DNA from: Lama glama
Lineage: Eukaryota
NCBI GenBank assembly: GCA_028534125.1
Contig: CM052816.1
Span: 101,742,001 to 101,806,000, forward strand
Reading direction: 5' to 3'
Length of the DNA: 64,000 nt
Within the stretch, counting starts at the first letter, position 1. Each line of letters opens with the position of its first letter. This document shows, piece after piece, positions 1 through 25,098 of the stretch. Made by a program: the position numbers and the translations under genes. Below the pieces are notes generated by a model, which searched no databases, had not been told where the DNA came from, and saw only the letters and a program-made list of their open reading frames with translations.

Positions 1-584
1 ACTACCCCAAACGTGGCTTCAGCTCGAAAGCCCACCTCTCTGTCAGCGTTCCAACTATTTTGAAATCAGGCTTAACACAGGATTCTTACCACTTTTCTCC
101 CTGAGTCTTAAAACAGAACAAAGGAGAAATGGCCCCAGAGGTCTGTGCATGGGCCTCCCTCCAGGTCTTGTCAGGGTTGACGGACTGAGGGAGCCGAGGG
201 GCCGGCGTCGGTGGTGAGACCTCTGGGGACCCGCTGCCCCGACAGTGTGAATGCAGGCTGCAGGGCTACATGCTGTCAGGGAGCCCTGGAGACCCTGGCC
301 TTACAAGGCTGTCTTCTCGGGGGGCTCCGACCCTGGGAGAGCCAGGCAGAGAGGACAGTCTGCATGGGGTCCCTCCAAGGAAGATAGAAACATAACTGGG
401 CTTCGAGCAGAGTGACAGCCTCGGTCACCAGATGTGACACAAGGGACGAGTCCAGAGTAGGTCACCGAGACCTGGGGGCCTGGGGCCCTGGCCACACATC
501 CTGGGCCTTCGTCCTCAAGCATGAGTTCCCTCTGGCCTGACTTCATCACGAGGCCTCCCCATGGTAGTGGGGGCCATTCTCTAA

Positions 585-13887
<13,303 letters not shown>

Positions 13888-13891
<4 letters not shown>

Positions 13892-14261
13892 CACCGGCTC
13901 GGACGCGCCGCTGACCGGACGGGAGGCCCCACCCGCCACCGAGAAGCCCCCGCGCGTGCGTGCCCCAAGCCCAGCCCCGCCCAGCCCCTTACCGGCCCCG
14001 CCCAGCACCGCACAGGTACCGCCCACCGCCCGAAGCCCCGCCCCCGCCGCGCCGTCCGACCCCGAGCCGGGGGCGGGGCCAGAGCGCCGCGGGCTGCTGG
14101 GCGCGCACGCGCGGTCGGCGGCAGCGCGGCGCGTGCACAGCCGGCGCTCGTTCCAGCGGCCCCGCGCGCGCCGCCGTCCCGCACTGCTCAAGCTCGCGTC
14201 GCTGCAGCCGTCGTGCCACGCGCCGCCGCACGCGCTGGAGCAGGAGGAGACGCCGCTGTGA
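13888..14261 (+). CDS. SLC9A3: Putative alternative NHE3 C-terminal coding frame (124 aa, ends -ALEQEETPL*), reached by exon 15->17 splicing
   Basis: Open from the exon 17 acceptor in phase 1, matching the exon 15 donor phase. The last 25 codons all end in G/C. Terminal class I PDZ ligand. No transcript evidence is available here. Confidence 0.5.
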
Positions 14262-14859
14262 CGGCAGCCCATCCGTGCTCTGCACCCACGACCTCGCCCC
14301 GGGGGTGTCTCGCCTCCCAGGAGTCTCCACCCCACCATGGATGCCCCCACCCTGGGTTTGCACACATGACCTCTCCCTGCCCCAGAATGCCCCGCCACGA
14401 CCTCGCCCCCAGGGGTCTCCACCCGCCACGGGTGCGCCCACCTGGGGTCATCCCTTCATGGTCATCCCTGGGTCATTGCCTGGAGTCATCCCCTCCATGG
14501 CCTCACTCCCCAGGAGTCTTCCGGTGGCCTGGAGTAGCCCTGGGCACTCACCCATCCAGGTGAGTGCTCGGATGGACAGGAGCCGGACTCTCAGGGGACC
14601 AAATGTGCTGCAAGGCCTGGAATCTCCGAATTCCTTGGGGTCTGTATGGAGAGGCCCCTCTGGGCCCGGGAGTGGGCCATGTGCCTCCTCCACCTTCTGA
14701 GTGCGGGCATTCTTGCCAGGAGACTCCACTGTGGTCCCTCTGTCCACCTGTCCTGTATTTGAACTGATCTGGCACTTGTGTGTTACTGTTTCCATTGTCA
14801 TCCTGACTCAGGGATATTCTCTGCTTGAGTTCTTGCCACCTCGTGTCCATTTTCATCAG

Positions 14860-14932
14860 CAGTGCTGGGGAAACTGAGACCCAAACAAAATGAGATTTAC
14901 CTAGTGTGATACCAACCTAGGATTCCAGACCA
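14860..14932. mobile_element. MIR SINE core fragment
   Basis: gggaaactgagaccc...ggattccagacc resembles the MIR core. Confidence 0.45.
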
Positions 14933-16706
14933 AGGCTGGCCTCTCTCCAAGCACCCAGGGAGGGCAACAGCCTCCCCCCCAGGGCGGGGTGTGGGGTATC
15001 TTCATGTCCACTCACCCGGTCTTTCAGCCACCTGTCAGATGGGCTACAGGTGCAACCGCAGGAACATCCTATTGGAGCATCCTTTTTGTGCTGAGATGCC
15101 CAGCCCCAGGGCTTGTCCTGCACACCCTAGTCTTGGTGTAGTGACCTCTGGGCACTGGGTGCTGTCTTGTCCCCAGACACCTGGTGTCTGGCCTGAGTGG
15201 TCCTGCCTGACACTGGCAGATGGCCCAGGCTGGTTAGGGGGTTGTGCCAGCCGCATGGGTGTGCCCACACAGCCCCAGCAGAGTGGATGAGGCCTCTGCT
15301 CAGCAGTCTTGTTTAGAATCTCAGCAGGTCTTTCAATGGACCCGGGCCGGACGGTTGCTCAGGCATCTCACCACTGCTGGGGAGCCAAGGGGACTTGGAC
15401 AGAGCCCCCAGTTCTCTGGAGGGGGGAGGTAAGGCACTGTGCAGTGAGGCAGGGAGGTGGCCCTCACCTCCTCAGACGAGGACTTGTGGGGCAGTAAAGG
15501 ACAGTGGACTCGTAGAAGCTTCTCTAAAGCCAGGCTCAGTCCTGCTCAGGGAACCGTCCATGCTGTGCTGAGACCACATTCCCACGATGTAGTTCTCACT
15601 GCGTCACAGGCCAGGATCACAAGCAGTTTGTGGTTTCAGAGCTGCACATCGATCTCTTATGGGAAGTTTACACTTTGCTGTTGAGAAAAACACTAGACAG
15701 CAGGGAAGGCGCAGTGTTCACCCAGTCGGCTCTGTAGGCTGATGGCGCATCTGCTCTCTCCTGGAACCACTGGCCCAGTCGTCACAGTACAGGAGGGACA
15801 TGCGCTTTCCAGGGCTTGTTCCCCACACTCACATCCACTTTGAGCAACCCCGTGAGCACAAAATCCAGCCATTGTCTGCCTAACAAAACCTGGAGGAAGG
15901 TACAAGCTCTGCCTACACTCGGCGGGAGTGGGTCGTCCGGAGTCCACAGCCTGGCTGGTCCAGCATCTCCAGCTGCCTTAACAACTCCCTGGACCGCTGG
16001 CTGATTCACCGCTGCAGAGCCGGTGGCTGAGCTGAGGAAAGTGGCTTCGGGGCGGTTCCTGGACGCCCACTGGACGCTGCAGATACTAAACCGCCAGGTG
16101 ACAAACCTCTCCTGGGCCAGTTCTGTGGCCGGTGTCCTCTGTGGTGGGTGGGCAGGTTTCCTGTTTGTTGACCTGCACAGCTAAGTACAGATACCCGAAC
16201 GGAGGTTCCAGGCCATTTCGGCTTGAGACTGGTCTGGTGACACAGTGTTATAAACCCTAGTGCTGGGGGTACGTTTCATAGCGTTGTAAAGCAATGTAAA
16301 CAAAGTCTTATGAATGTATTTCCTTAGGAAAACCATTATCAATTCTTTTATTAGGAAAGAATTCCTATTTATTTAATACTGAACTTTGGCCTACTTTGTG
16401 GTAGACACAAATTTAGGAGTCATTTCTCACGTCCGTATTTTCTTGAAAATAATTTTGTAACAGTGCTCACACAACTGTGCTGTTGGTCTTCTATTGTGAA
16501 AGGAGACTTAATGGAGGAACTTCACTGAAATGTATTTTAAGTTAGGAGGGGTGAAAATTGTGGATGCTAATTCTGTGAATGTAATCTAGTCAGACTGTGT
16601 AACCCTAATCACAATCAACGTGCCTTAAAGAGCTGCCCCACGTGCTGTTGGCAGTGTCCGGGCAGGGGGCCACCACAGACCCTACAAGGACTGCTTGATA
16701 AAGCCT

Positions 16707-16712
16707 ATTAAA
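16707..16712 (+). terminator. SLC9A3: Likely SLC9A3 distal polyadenylation signal (ATTAAA)
   Basis: Lies at the end of an AT-rich UTR-like block (about 16260-16740) that includes TATTTATTTAA at 16366-16376; followed by U/GU-rich sequence. Confidence 0.5.
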
Positions 16713-17832
16713 AATGTTTTAAGGCATTTTGGGGTGAAAACTTTGTTTCTAAGTGAGAAATCATATCAAGGAGGATTTAAGGAGCCATCTCCTGCATGCA
16801 GACAGCATCCTGGCGCTGAGATTGCCTTGGATGTGTGCGCGCGCACACGTGACAGCCCCTTGACTGCACAAAGAGGCTTCCGGCACCACCTGGGCCCTGG
16901 GAACTAGTCCCTCCCCAGTAGAGACAGTGGACACACACCACTCACTGCACACAGGAGCAGGCCCCACCCAGCCAGAGTGGGAGGATCAAGCTCCTGCCAC
17001 ACCCGAGTGGCCCAAAGCAGGTGGGCCCGGGGCTGGAAAAAAGTGGGCCAGGACAGCAGGGTCTAGAGCCTGGGAGGAAAGGCAGGGGCCTCTGCAGGCT
17101 CAAGACAAGGCCGGTGGAGGAGGCAGGAAGTCCTGCCTGTGAAATGTTCACAACTACTGAGGGTGAAATAAGAGCACAGCATTCACCCAGCATCAACACC
17201 GCACACACATCCCACAGGGGAAGGCGGGACACGGCACGTCCACCACGGACGCCTCTCCCTCCTGAAACTGGGATGCAGGGCACCTGCCGGAGGAGCAGCG
17301 GGGCGAGCTCCTCCACCCCTCAGCCAGAGCCGTCAGCGTGCACCAACCCAGGCCCGGCCCGGCGGAGCAAAGCTGTCCAGCTGGAGCCAGGAGGGCTCAC
17401 ATTTACTCCAGAAGTAGCCTTGCAATTAACTTAGTGTAAAAGTAACGACTGATTTGAAAAATGAGGCAGAGGCTGTGTAGGGACAGAAAAGGAGGCTCAG
17501 GGACTGTCAGGAACAGCAGCTCGCAGAACCTGAAACATGCACCAAACGTCTGCATCCATGTCCGCTTTTACAGGCCTGGCGCTCAAGGGTCACCCGCCAT
17601 ACCGCCCACGCCAGGTCTGCCCCGTGGAGTCGGGGGGGCCGCCAGATCCAGCCGACCCCAGCGGGCAAGGGGGCAGAAGAGAGGCCGCAACTCTAGGGGT
17701 ACGTGGGGGCTCCAGGCGGGGCCCTGGCAGAGGTCATGTGTCTGACAACCTAAAGCAGCTTCTGGGTGTCACAGAACCATGGCCAGGAAGAAACCCTAAA
17801 ATGAGACATCCTTGTTTCCCTGCAGTTTACTC

Positions 17833-17838
17833 TTTATT
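17833..17838 (-). terminator. EXOC3: EXOC3 polyadenylation signal AATAAA
   Basis: tttatt on +, about 110 nt after the stop, with U/GU-rich sequence downstream on -. Confidence 0.6.
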
Positions 17839-17945
17839 GAGCAGTTTCGGATGTGTGTGCACAGTGCAGAGGTGAGGAGGGCATTCCTCCCTGAGCCCTG
17901 CTCACTGGGCTGCCCCGGACGACACCCAAGGTGGGTCAGGACTGG

Positions 17946-18117
17946 CTACTTGAGGAGCTTGGCCACATTCAGGCTGGGAACCACGATGTCCTTGAAGATG
18001 GGCACGTAGTCTGTGCTCGCCTGGGCTGGGCCCTGCTCCAGCGTCTCGATGATGGTCTGCTTCATGTCCCGGCTGGCGTCCCCACGCATGGCCAGCAGGG
18101 CACTGATGTGTTCGTCC
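17946..18117 (-). CDS. EXOC3: EXOC3 exon 13 coding part (172 bp, stop TAG)
   Basis: [56 protein letters not shown]. Confidence 0.96.
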
Positions 18118-21100
18118 CTGGGGAAGGGCCGTCAGGGGTGCACCTGCAGCCTCTCAGCCCAAGCTGACTCTAGTCCCCCACCGAGGGCTCCAGAAAAGGC
18201 GTCTCCCCTGTCACACCAGGGGCACTAAAGCCTGAGTTTCCATCTTACCCTGGTCTTTTTTTCAGTCTACAACTGCACAGGTTTTTAGCGTTGCTTTTCT
18301 GAATGTTTGCTGAATGGATAGCCTAGTTAGGGCGGGAGGACCTGGAGGGCGCACAGCCACCAGTTCTCTCCACTAACACGAGCCCAGAGCAATGGCAGAG
18401 AGAGAGGGCCGGCTGAGGCAGTGGGGAGCCAGCAAGCCTACAGCCCTTCCCTCCTTACCCCCGACACGGAGGGGCCCTGGCTTCCATCTCTGAATCCACC
18501 TCAAGCACAGCACAAGGTGAGCCTCCCAAAACCACTCTGCTCTGCCGGCTTCCCCCCAGTGCACTAGCCCAGTGACGCTGGCTCCGTCCGACACCAGGAG
18601 GTGTGTGAACCTCGGCTCAGCTGCACCGTTACTGTGTCCCAGGCCCACTCCACCCACACTGCATCTGCACGCTGGTCCCTGCAGGAGCCCAGACCCGCCA
18701 CACTCACCCCACCAGGCTCACACCTACTGCCTGAGGCTCTCCCTCCTCCCCATGATCTCAGAAAGGGCCCCACCTTACCTGATATCTGGGTACTTGCTGA
18801 CCAGAGTCGAGACCTCCAGGTAGAGCAGAGAAGGGTCCGTGAGCTTGATGACTTCTGCAACGGCGATGATGGTGTCACAGTACCCGTCCACATCCTCCCC
18901 AGACCCCTGCAAGACAGGGCGTGGACACGCTCAGCACAACACATGCCCAAGTCTCTGTCACACCCTCTCCGGCCGAGGCCACCTAGCCGGCAAGCCTGGC
19001 ACCTACCTCTTTCAGGGAAACACCTCAGGATGCACTCGCAGGAGGACCCAGCAGAGATGGGGTGGGGAGATGGGTGGGAGCACCCTGGCCTGTGACTGGG
19101 CCCTGCAGTCAGCCCCGCAGCTCAGGATGCGCCAGGCACCTCTCATGAGCCGCCGTCCCCAGTGCCTGGCCCTCAACCACAGGGTCAGTTTACAGAAGAA
19201 GAAACCAACAGGTGAGCTGGTTCCTGACGTGACTGATCCCGACTGACTGGCCCAAAAGGTCCTAAGGATGGAAACCAACAGGCGGCGGGACTGCCCTGAC
19301 TTGGCCAGGGCCTGAGACGGGCAGCGGGCGGGCGGCACTCACAGACGCCAGCTTCCGGAACAGGAAGCGCAGCTGCTCGGCCTCGCGGACCATCCTCTCG
19401 GCACCCTCCTTGCGCTCGTCAGCACTCCGGAACGAGATGCGCTTCTGCATGACGGCCCGCAGGTACTCCACCACCACACGCCGGTGCGCCTCGGCGATCA
19501 TCCTCTGAGGGGCAAACACACGGTCAGACTTGGGCACTAAGTCAGGCTGAAGCCAACATGACCGGGCCAGCGCGTCCTTCCCACTTGTCACCGACACACG
19601 GTTCAGAGTGAACAAATCAAGCAAAACAAGCACGTCTGTGATTTTATTATGATCGCCATTTTAGGAAATCCCAGCGGCATTCACTGTTTCCGTAAAATAA
19701 ATGCTGAAAGGAAGGTGGAAACGGTTGTGTCTGCAACACAGGCAGATGCACTGGCTGCCACGAGCCTCGCGGGGTGGCGCCCGCTGGTCCTGCCTCGTGC
19801 AGAGATGTGTGTGTCCATTCCAGAAAGCCAGCAGGATCACGCTCCCGGAGGGATGCTGGCTGGCAGCCTCACCAACGCGTCACCCTAGGGGCAGACTCAC
19901 TGCGGGACGGCTTCCCGCCACATGTGAGGAGTGGGCGCTGGCGTGGCACCAGCTTTGCAGAGACCCGTCCAAGTGCTCACGGGCCGCCTGGAGGGATTCG
20001 GGTCTACTCCTCCTCGCTCTGCCGTCCTGTATGCGACTCTGAGCTTCCTACCCCCAGGATGGAGTGTGGGTTCAGTGGGAGAAGTCGGGACCTGGGCCAG
20101 ACCCCCACTCTGCCCCTCACAGGTGGAAGGGCGCACAGGCCTAATGCGCAGGAAGCACACACTGCACCTCGTGCACGGAAGGCTGACCAGCTGCCAGCCT
20201 CTGGATGTGGTGGGACAGGAGCTTCAGGGAAGATGAATCCTGAGCCCACGTGTGGAGGTCAGCTTCAGAGAAGACCACACTCCTCTGGGGAGCCCACTCT
20301 TAGTGGAAGATGGACCTGGGCAGTCACCCCAAACACGCCAGCACAGCTATGAGGATGTGATGTGAGGCACTGGAGCCCAGAGCCCAGGAGTCGGGTCTGT
20401 GGGGAGGCTGAGAGGCTCTGCTCCCCGCACCGAGTTGGGGCATTCTACGCGAGACAAGGGGAGACGGCACCCAGCAGCTGCAGGGACCCGTGGCTGAGCC
20501 AGGTGAAGGGCCGTGTGTGCCAAGGCAGCCGCCCAGGCTGGGGGCTGGCTGAGCCCACAAGCCCGAGCCCAGGGATGACACACAGGGGCACATCAGACAC
20601 CAACTACTAAATCCCAGTCCACAGTGTCTAAAAATAAAAGGTGGAACCAAAAGCTGTACAAGCAACAGGAAGTTCAAAACTGACCAGAGCTGGCCCCACT
20701 GACCTCTAAATCACCAAAGGTTCCCTGACAGTTGTACAGGGACCACCGCGGGATGGGCTAGAGGAATCTCCTTTAAGATTACGAGCCAGACAAAGTCAGA
20801 CAAAGCCAGGGCTGCAGGACGAAGAGCACACACGGGCGTGTAAGAACCAGAGGATGAAACCACTGTCCACGGGGGAACTGAAGGGGTCTGGAGACACGTC
20901 CTAGGGCAGCGAGAAAGTTCCACAAAGTGCTCCATATACCAAAACCACTCACTTCCATAAACCAGCATCAGACAGAAAGCCTGACTTTAAAGCAACGACA
21001 GCAGAATTACACATGGCTCTGAGAACACCCCCGACACCCCGGGAAAAGCCATCTAAGCACGGGCCGGGAACGGGACCTGGGGAGACAGGCAGCCAAGGCG

Positions 21101-24100
21101 GCTTCCACACATGGTCCCCGGGTGTCCCCTGTGCCTGGTAGCAGCTCCCAGGCCTCTGCCGGGTGGAGAAAGGCCGGCAGCCTCGTTGTAGGCTGAGCAG
21201 GGTCATGGAGAGGCCTCTGATCCGACCCGTGGCCACTGCCCCCACCCTCCTTTGGAGGGTCCTTATCACCCACAGGATCCTGGGGCTGCAGCCAGGTCAG
21301 TGTGGGCTTTAGAGGGGTGTTGGGGGCAGAGAGGTTATTAGATGCCCCGTCACCTCCACCTCTCTCTCATCTTCAGGCACGGACGTCTCTGACCTGCCTT
21401 GGGTTAATAAAACCACCCGTGAACTTCAAAGAACTAGTGACACTGAACTCTACACAAGATGCCAGCTGGACTCACCACACGACTGTGCCCACATTCTTAC
21501 CTTTTTATAAGGCTTTTTAATTTTGGCAAAATCATTGAAATAGTCTTCCACGGTGACACAGATGATGTCCACGGCGTTCGAGCCTAACAGCCACTTCTTC
21601 GTCATCAGCTCACTGAGATGTTGCTGAAAGCACAGACCACAGAAAACACCCCTGGACACTGTCCCCACGTGACTGAGTCATCGGGAGGGAGGCACACAGG
21701 GCCCACATTCCTGCGTCTGCCTGACGTTCCTTCCGACTGTGACAGCAATACTCCTGTAACATTCTGCAAATACACACTTTAACTACATGAGATTTATGCT
21801 ACACGCAGTGTAGGTATCGGTGCATCCACATTTTATCTTAACTGACTACGTCCATTTATTATGTGGATGCTCTGTTACTGACCAACTCTGACAGATAGTT
21901 AAAATTTCTCACGTTCTGCAATTACAAAAAATGCTGCAATGACTGTGTCTTTAGGTGAAATTCCTAAAAGTGGAACTGCTCAGTCAGAAAGTATGCAGCT
22001 AAAACCTTGATAATGGTTTCCAAACTGTCTCCAAACACTGTACCGATTCACAGTTCTACAGCGAATACGAGTCTCTCTTCTCGTGCCCTCAACCCCACAT
22101 GGTAGCAATGTTCCTAATCCCTGCTGTCTTGCTAAGCAACAGGAATATTCAGTTTGATCTGCATTTCTCTGAAGCGGACACGTAAGACTGTTTTGTTTCA
22201 TTTTAGGACGTTTATAAGCCTTTGTGAAATAGTTCTCTGTGTCTTTCATCTATTTCCCTGTCATGTTGTCTTTTCTAATACCGTGAAGTAATTTCAAATG
22301 CATACATGTCATCTGTTTTCTAAACCACTTTCGAGAAAATTACAGACATGACAGAATTATCCCACCAGTCACCTGAAGAGTTCCTACCCAGCAGGACCAA
22401 GATGATCACGGTTCTATTTTTAAAGTATATTCTGGTTTCCACCAATTCTAGACAATGCTGAGCCATTCCTGTATTTCTGAAGTACACTTACTTGTTCATC
22501 GTGTGTTGTGCCTGTGACATGATCTGAGCGCACTCGGCCAGACAGTGTTCTGCACCTTGGCTCAAAACCCAGCCCGGCCTTGTGAAGTGTGTGCAGCCGG
22601 CACATGCTCCCAGTTTGGCTCTTCTATCGAGGATTTGCTAATGAGCACAGTCGGCCTTGTTTCTACTTGGCATTCCACCGAGTAGCTCGGTCTCTGAGTT
22701 TTACCAGATGTCTCTACCCGATTACCCGCCAGCGGGCCCCCAATGCGGGCCTGCGTCCCACGCAGCACCCACGGCCCAGAGAAGCACAGGCCTGACCCCC
22801 GCTGCAGACAAATGTGCACGCGGCTCAGGCCGCCTGTGGTGGGAGGAGAAAGTGCCCACCTCCAGGTCCAGGAAGACCTCCTCCAGCAGGCTGCCACAGC
22901 CCTCCTTGGCGATGGCGTCCAGAAGACCGTCCATGCTCGGCTGGCTCAGGGACACACCTGCTTCCCCCTCACTTTTCAGATACTTCCTCTTCAAACTGAC
23001 TACGGATTCTCTGCAAGGAAGCAGGGAGGGCTGGGTGAGGGGACCTTGATCCTGTCCTGCCCCCGCCCTGGGCGCACCCCCAGGCCCCTCACTTGAAGGT
23101 CTGGCAGTTGTTAATGACAGCGATCATGTACTGAACGTAGCAGTGCGGGTGCTGCCGGTTCCTCAGGTGCTCCTCCTTGTACACCTGCGCCTCCTCCCGG
23201 TACCTGAGGACACACACAGCCCGCGTCAGAACACAGAAGAACCCCGAGGGTCTGCGGCACCATGCAGACATTAAGCCTGACAGATGAGTTCTGCATCACT
23301 AATGTCTGACCAGGTGAGTCTTCAAAAACAAAACATTTGTAGGGCGGAGGCAAACTACACTAACAGAAGAACAGAGAAGTTAATCATTTTACATGGATTA
23401 AAATTTAATTTCACATCAGGCTCTGAAATGTGGCTCATATTTTGATTACAGAAACATTCTGAAATACATGCAAGTAACTGGGAAAGCTTTATTTTGTCTG
23501 ACATATAACTCATCTAGAAACTCATACAACAGTGTTGGGAACACTACCAAATGTCAGACAAATGTCCTTTTCTGAAACTTTCCCTGAAAAAATCAAATGA
23601 AAAATAACTTAGATTCTTTAAGGTGTCAAGAACACAAACCACTGAGATACCCACATATTTCGTTTTGAACTTATGATGGGGATTCTCAAATGCGTGGGGT
23701 AGAAGGACAGTAAAACACATCATGTGTATTTTCAGTAGATCTTAAGAAAAGAGCAAACTGAAAATGGGCAACTGAAGGGACGTGATAAAGCATTTTTCCA
23801 CCTTTCTGTCCAAAGTGGGGCTCAGGTAATCAAACAACTAAGGCTGATGAGGAAAACTTCCCCTTTGTGGAAAAATCCCACCTCATTCTTCCAACAAGGT
23901 GTCTAACTCAGGCCACGACCATCACAGACGGACAGGCCTGGGGGTTCAGGCCCTGACCCCCTGGATGGCCAGCCAACGGGGTTCTAGGTGAGGGGCCTGC
24001 TGTCAGCACTGAGCCACCAGAGCAGGACGAGGGACAAGGGACTTGCGTCCCCTGACAGACACAATGTGAGGCCCTTGCAAAGCAGTGAGTAAGCACAGAG

Positions 24101-25052
24101 GAGCCCCACAGCCTTCAGAGCCAACCTGTGGTTGGGGGCAAACAGCCCCTCGAGGGCCAGGCCAGGCGATGCTGTGTAGGATGACCTGTGCGTCCCCACA
24201 AACCAGGGGCCTGGGGGGCTGCTGTACTGTGCCCCACGAGGCAGAGCCTTTGCCAGCCTGGTCCGAGCACACAGCTATAAGCAGACAGGCTCAAGACCAG
24301 CAGGAAAACCCAACACAGACTTGGCTGGGCCCCCGGCCGGATGGGCCCCCAGCCGGATGGGCCCCCAGAAGGCTTGTGCACGTTTCACACGGGCCAGTGG
24401 CACGGTAGTTAGGGCAGCAGATGAAAGGCTGCAAAGTCTGGGATTTGCTCTAAAGTACAGCCAACCCTGGAACAGCGTGGGTGTGAACAGCGCGGGTCCG
24501 CTCACACACCGCCAGTTCTCATGACAGCACCGCGCCATCTGAGACGGGCTGAGTGTGGGTGCAGAACCCTGATGGCAGGGCTGCAGGGCCGTGAGCGTGC
24601 ACTCCCGCTGCCCCAGGCGGTCAGCGTCCCGCCCATCGTTCAAGTCACCTGTACTTCAGCAGAGTGAGGGGAGGGAAACCAGGAGAGGCGAGGTGGCTTC
24701 AAAGGAACGGCTTTTGAACCAAGATGATGGGGTAAGTTCTTTACGCCGTTCTTTCTACACTTGTGTACACTGGAAAACCTTCCTTGGGAACAATTCCAAG
24801 GGAGGAGGTGTTGCCGTGGAAGGCGGGCTCTGCTGGCGGTGGAACCAGGACACAGGGACGCTGCCTGAAGGGGGCTCTGACGCCGCACTGTGGCAGCGCC
24901 CCCCCACGCCAAAAGCACGTCTGGGACCTCAGGGGATGTGGAATCAGTTCAAAGGGAAGATAGTAGGAAAAGGCTCAAAGTCTACGTAACAAAGGAGGTA
25001 TCTATAGGGAATCCAGGGTTGAATTCTTTGATATAAATTTTTGCTTTTCATT

Positions 25053-25098
<46 letters not shown>

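Noticed and set aside
24325-24367. Short tandem repeat with GGGCCC palindromes (ggatgggcccccagcc)
   Set aside because: About 2.5 copies of a local duplication; no evidence of function.
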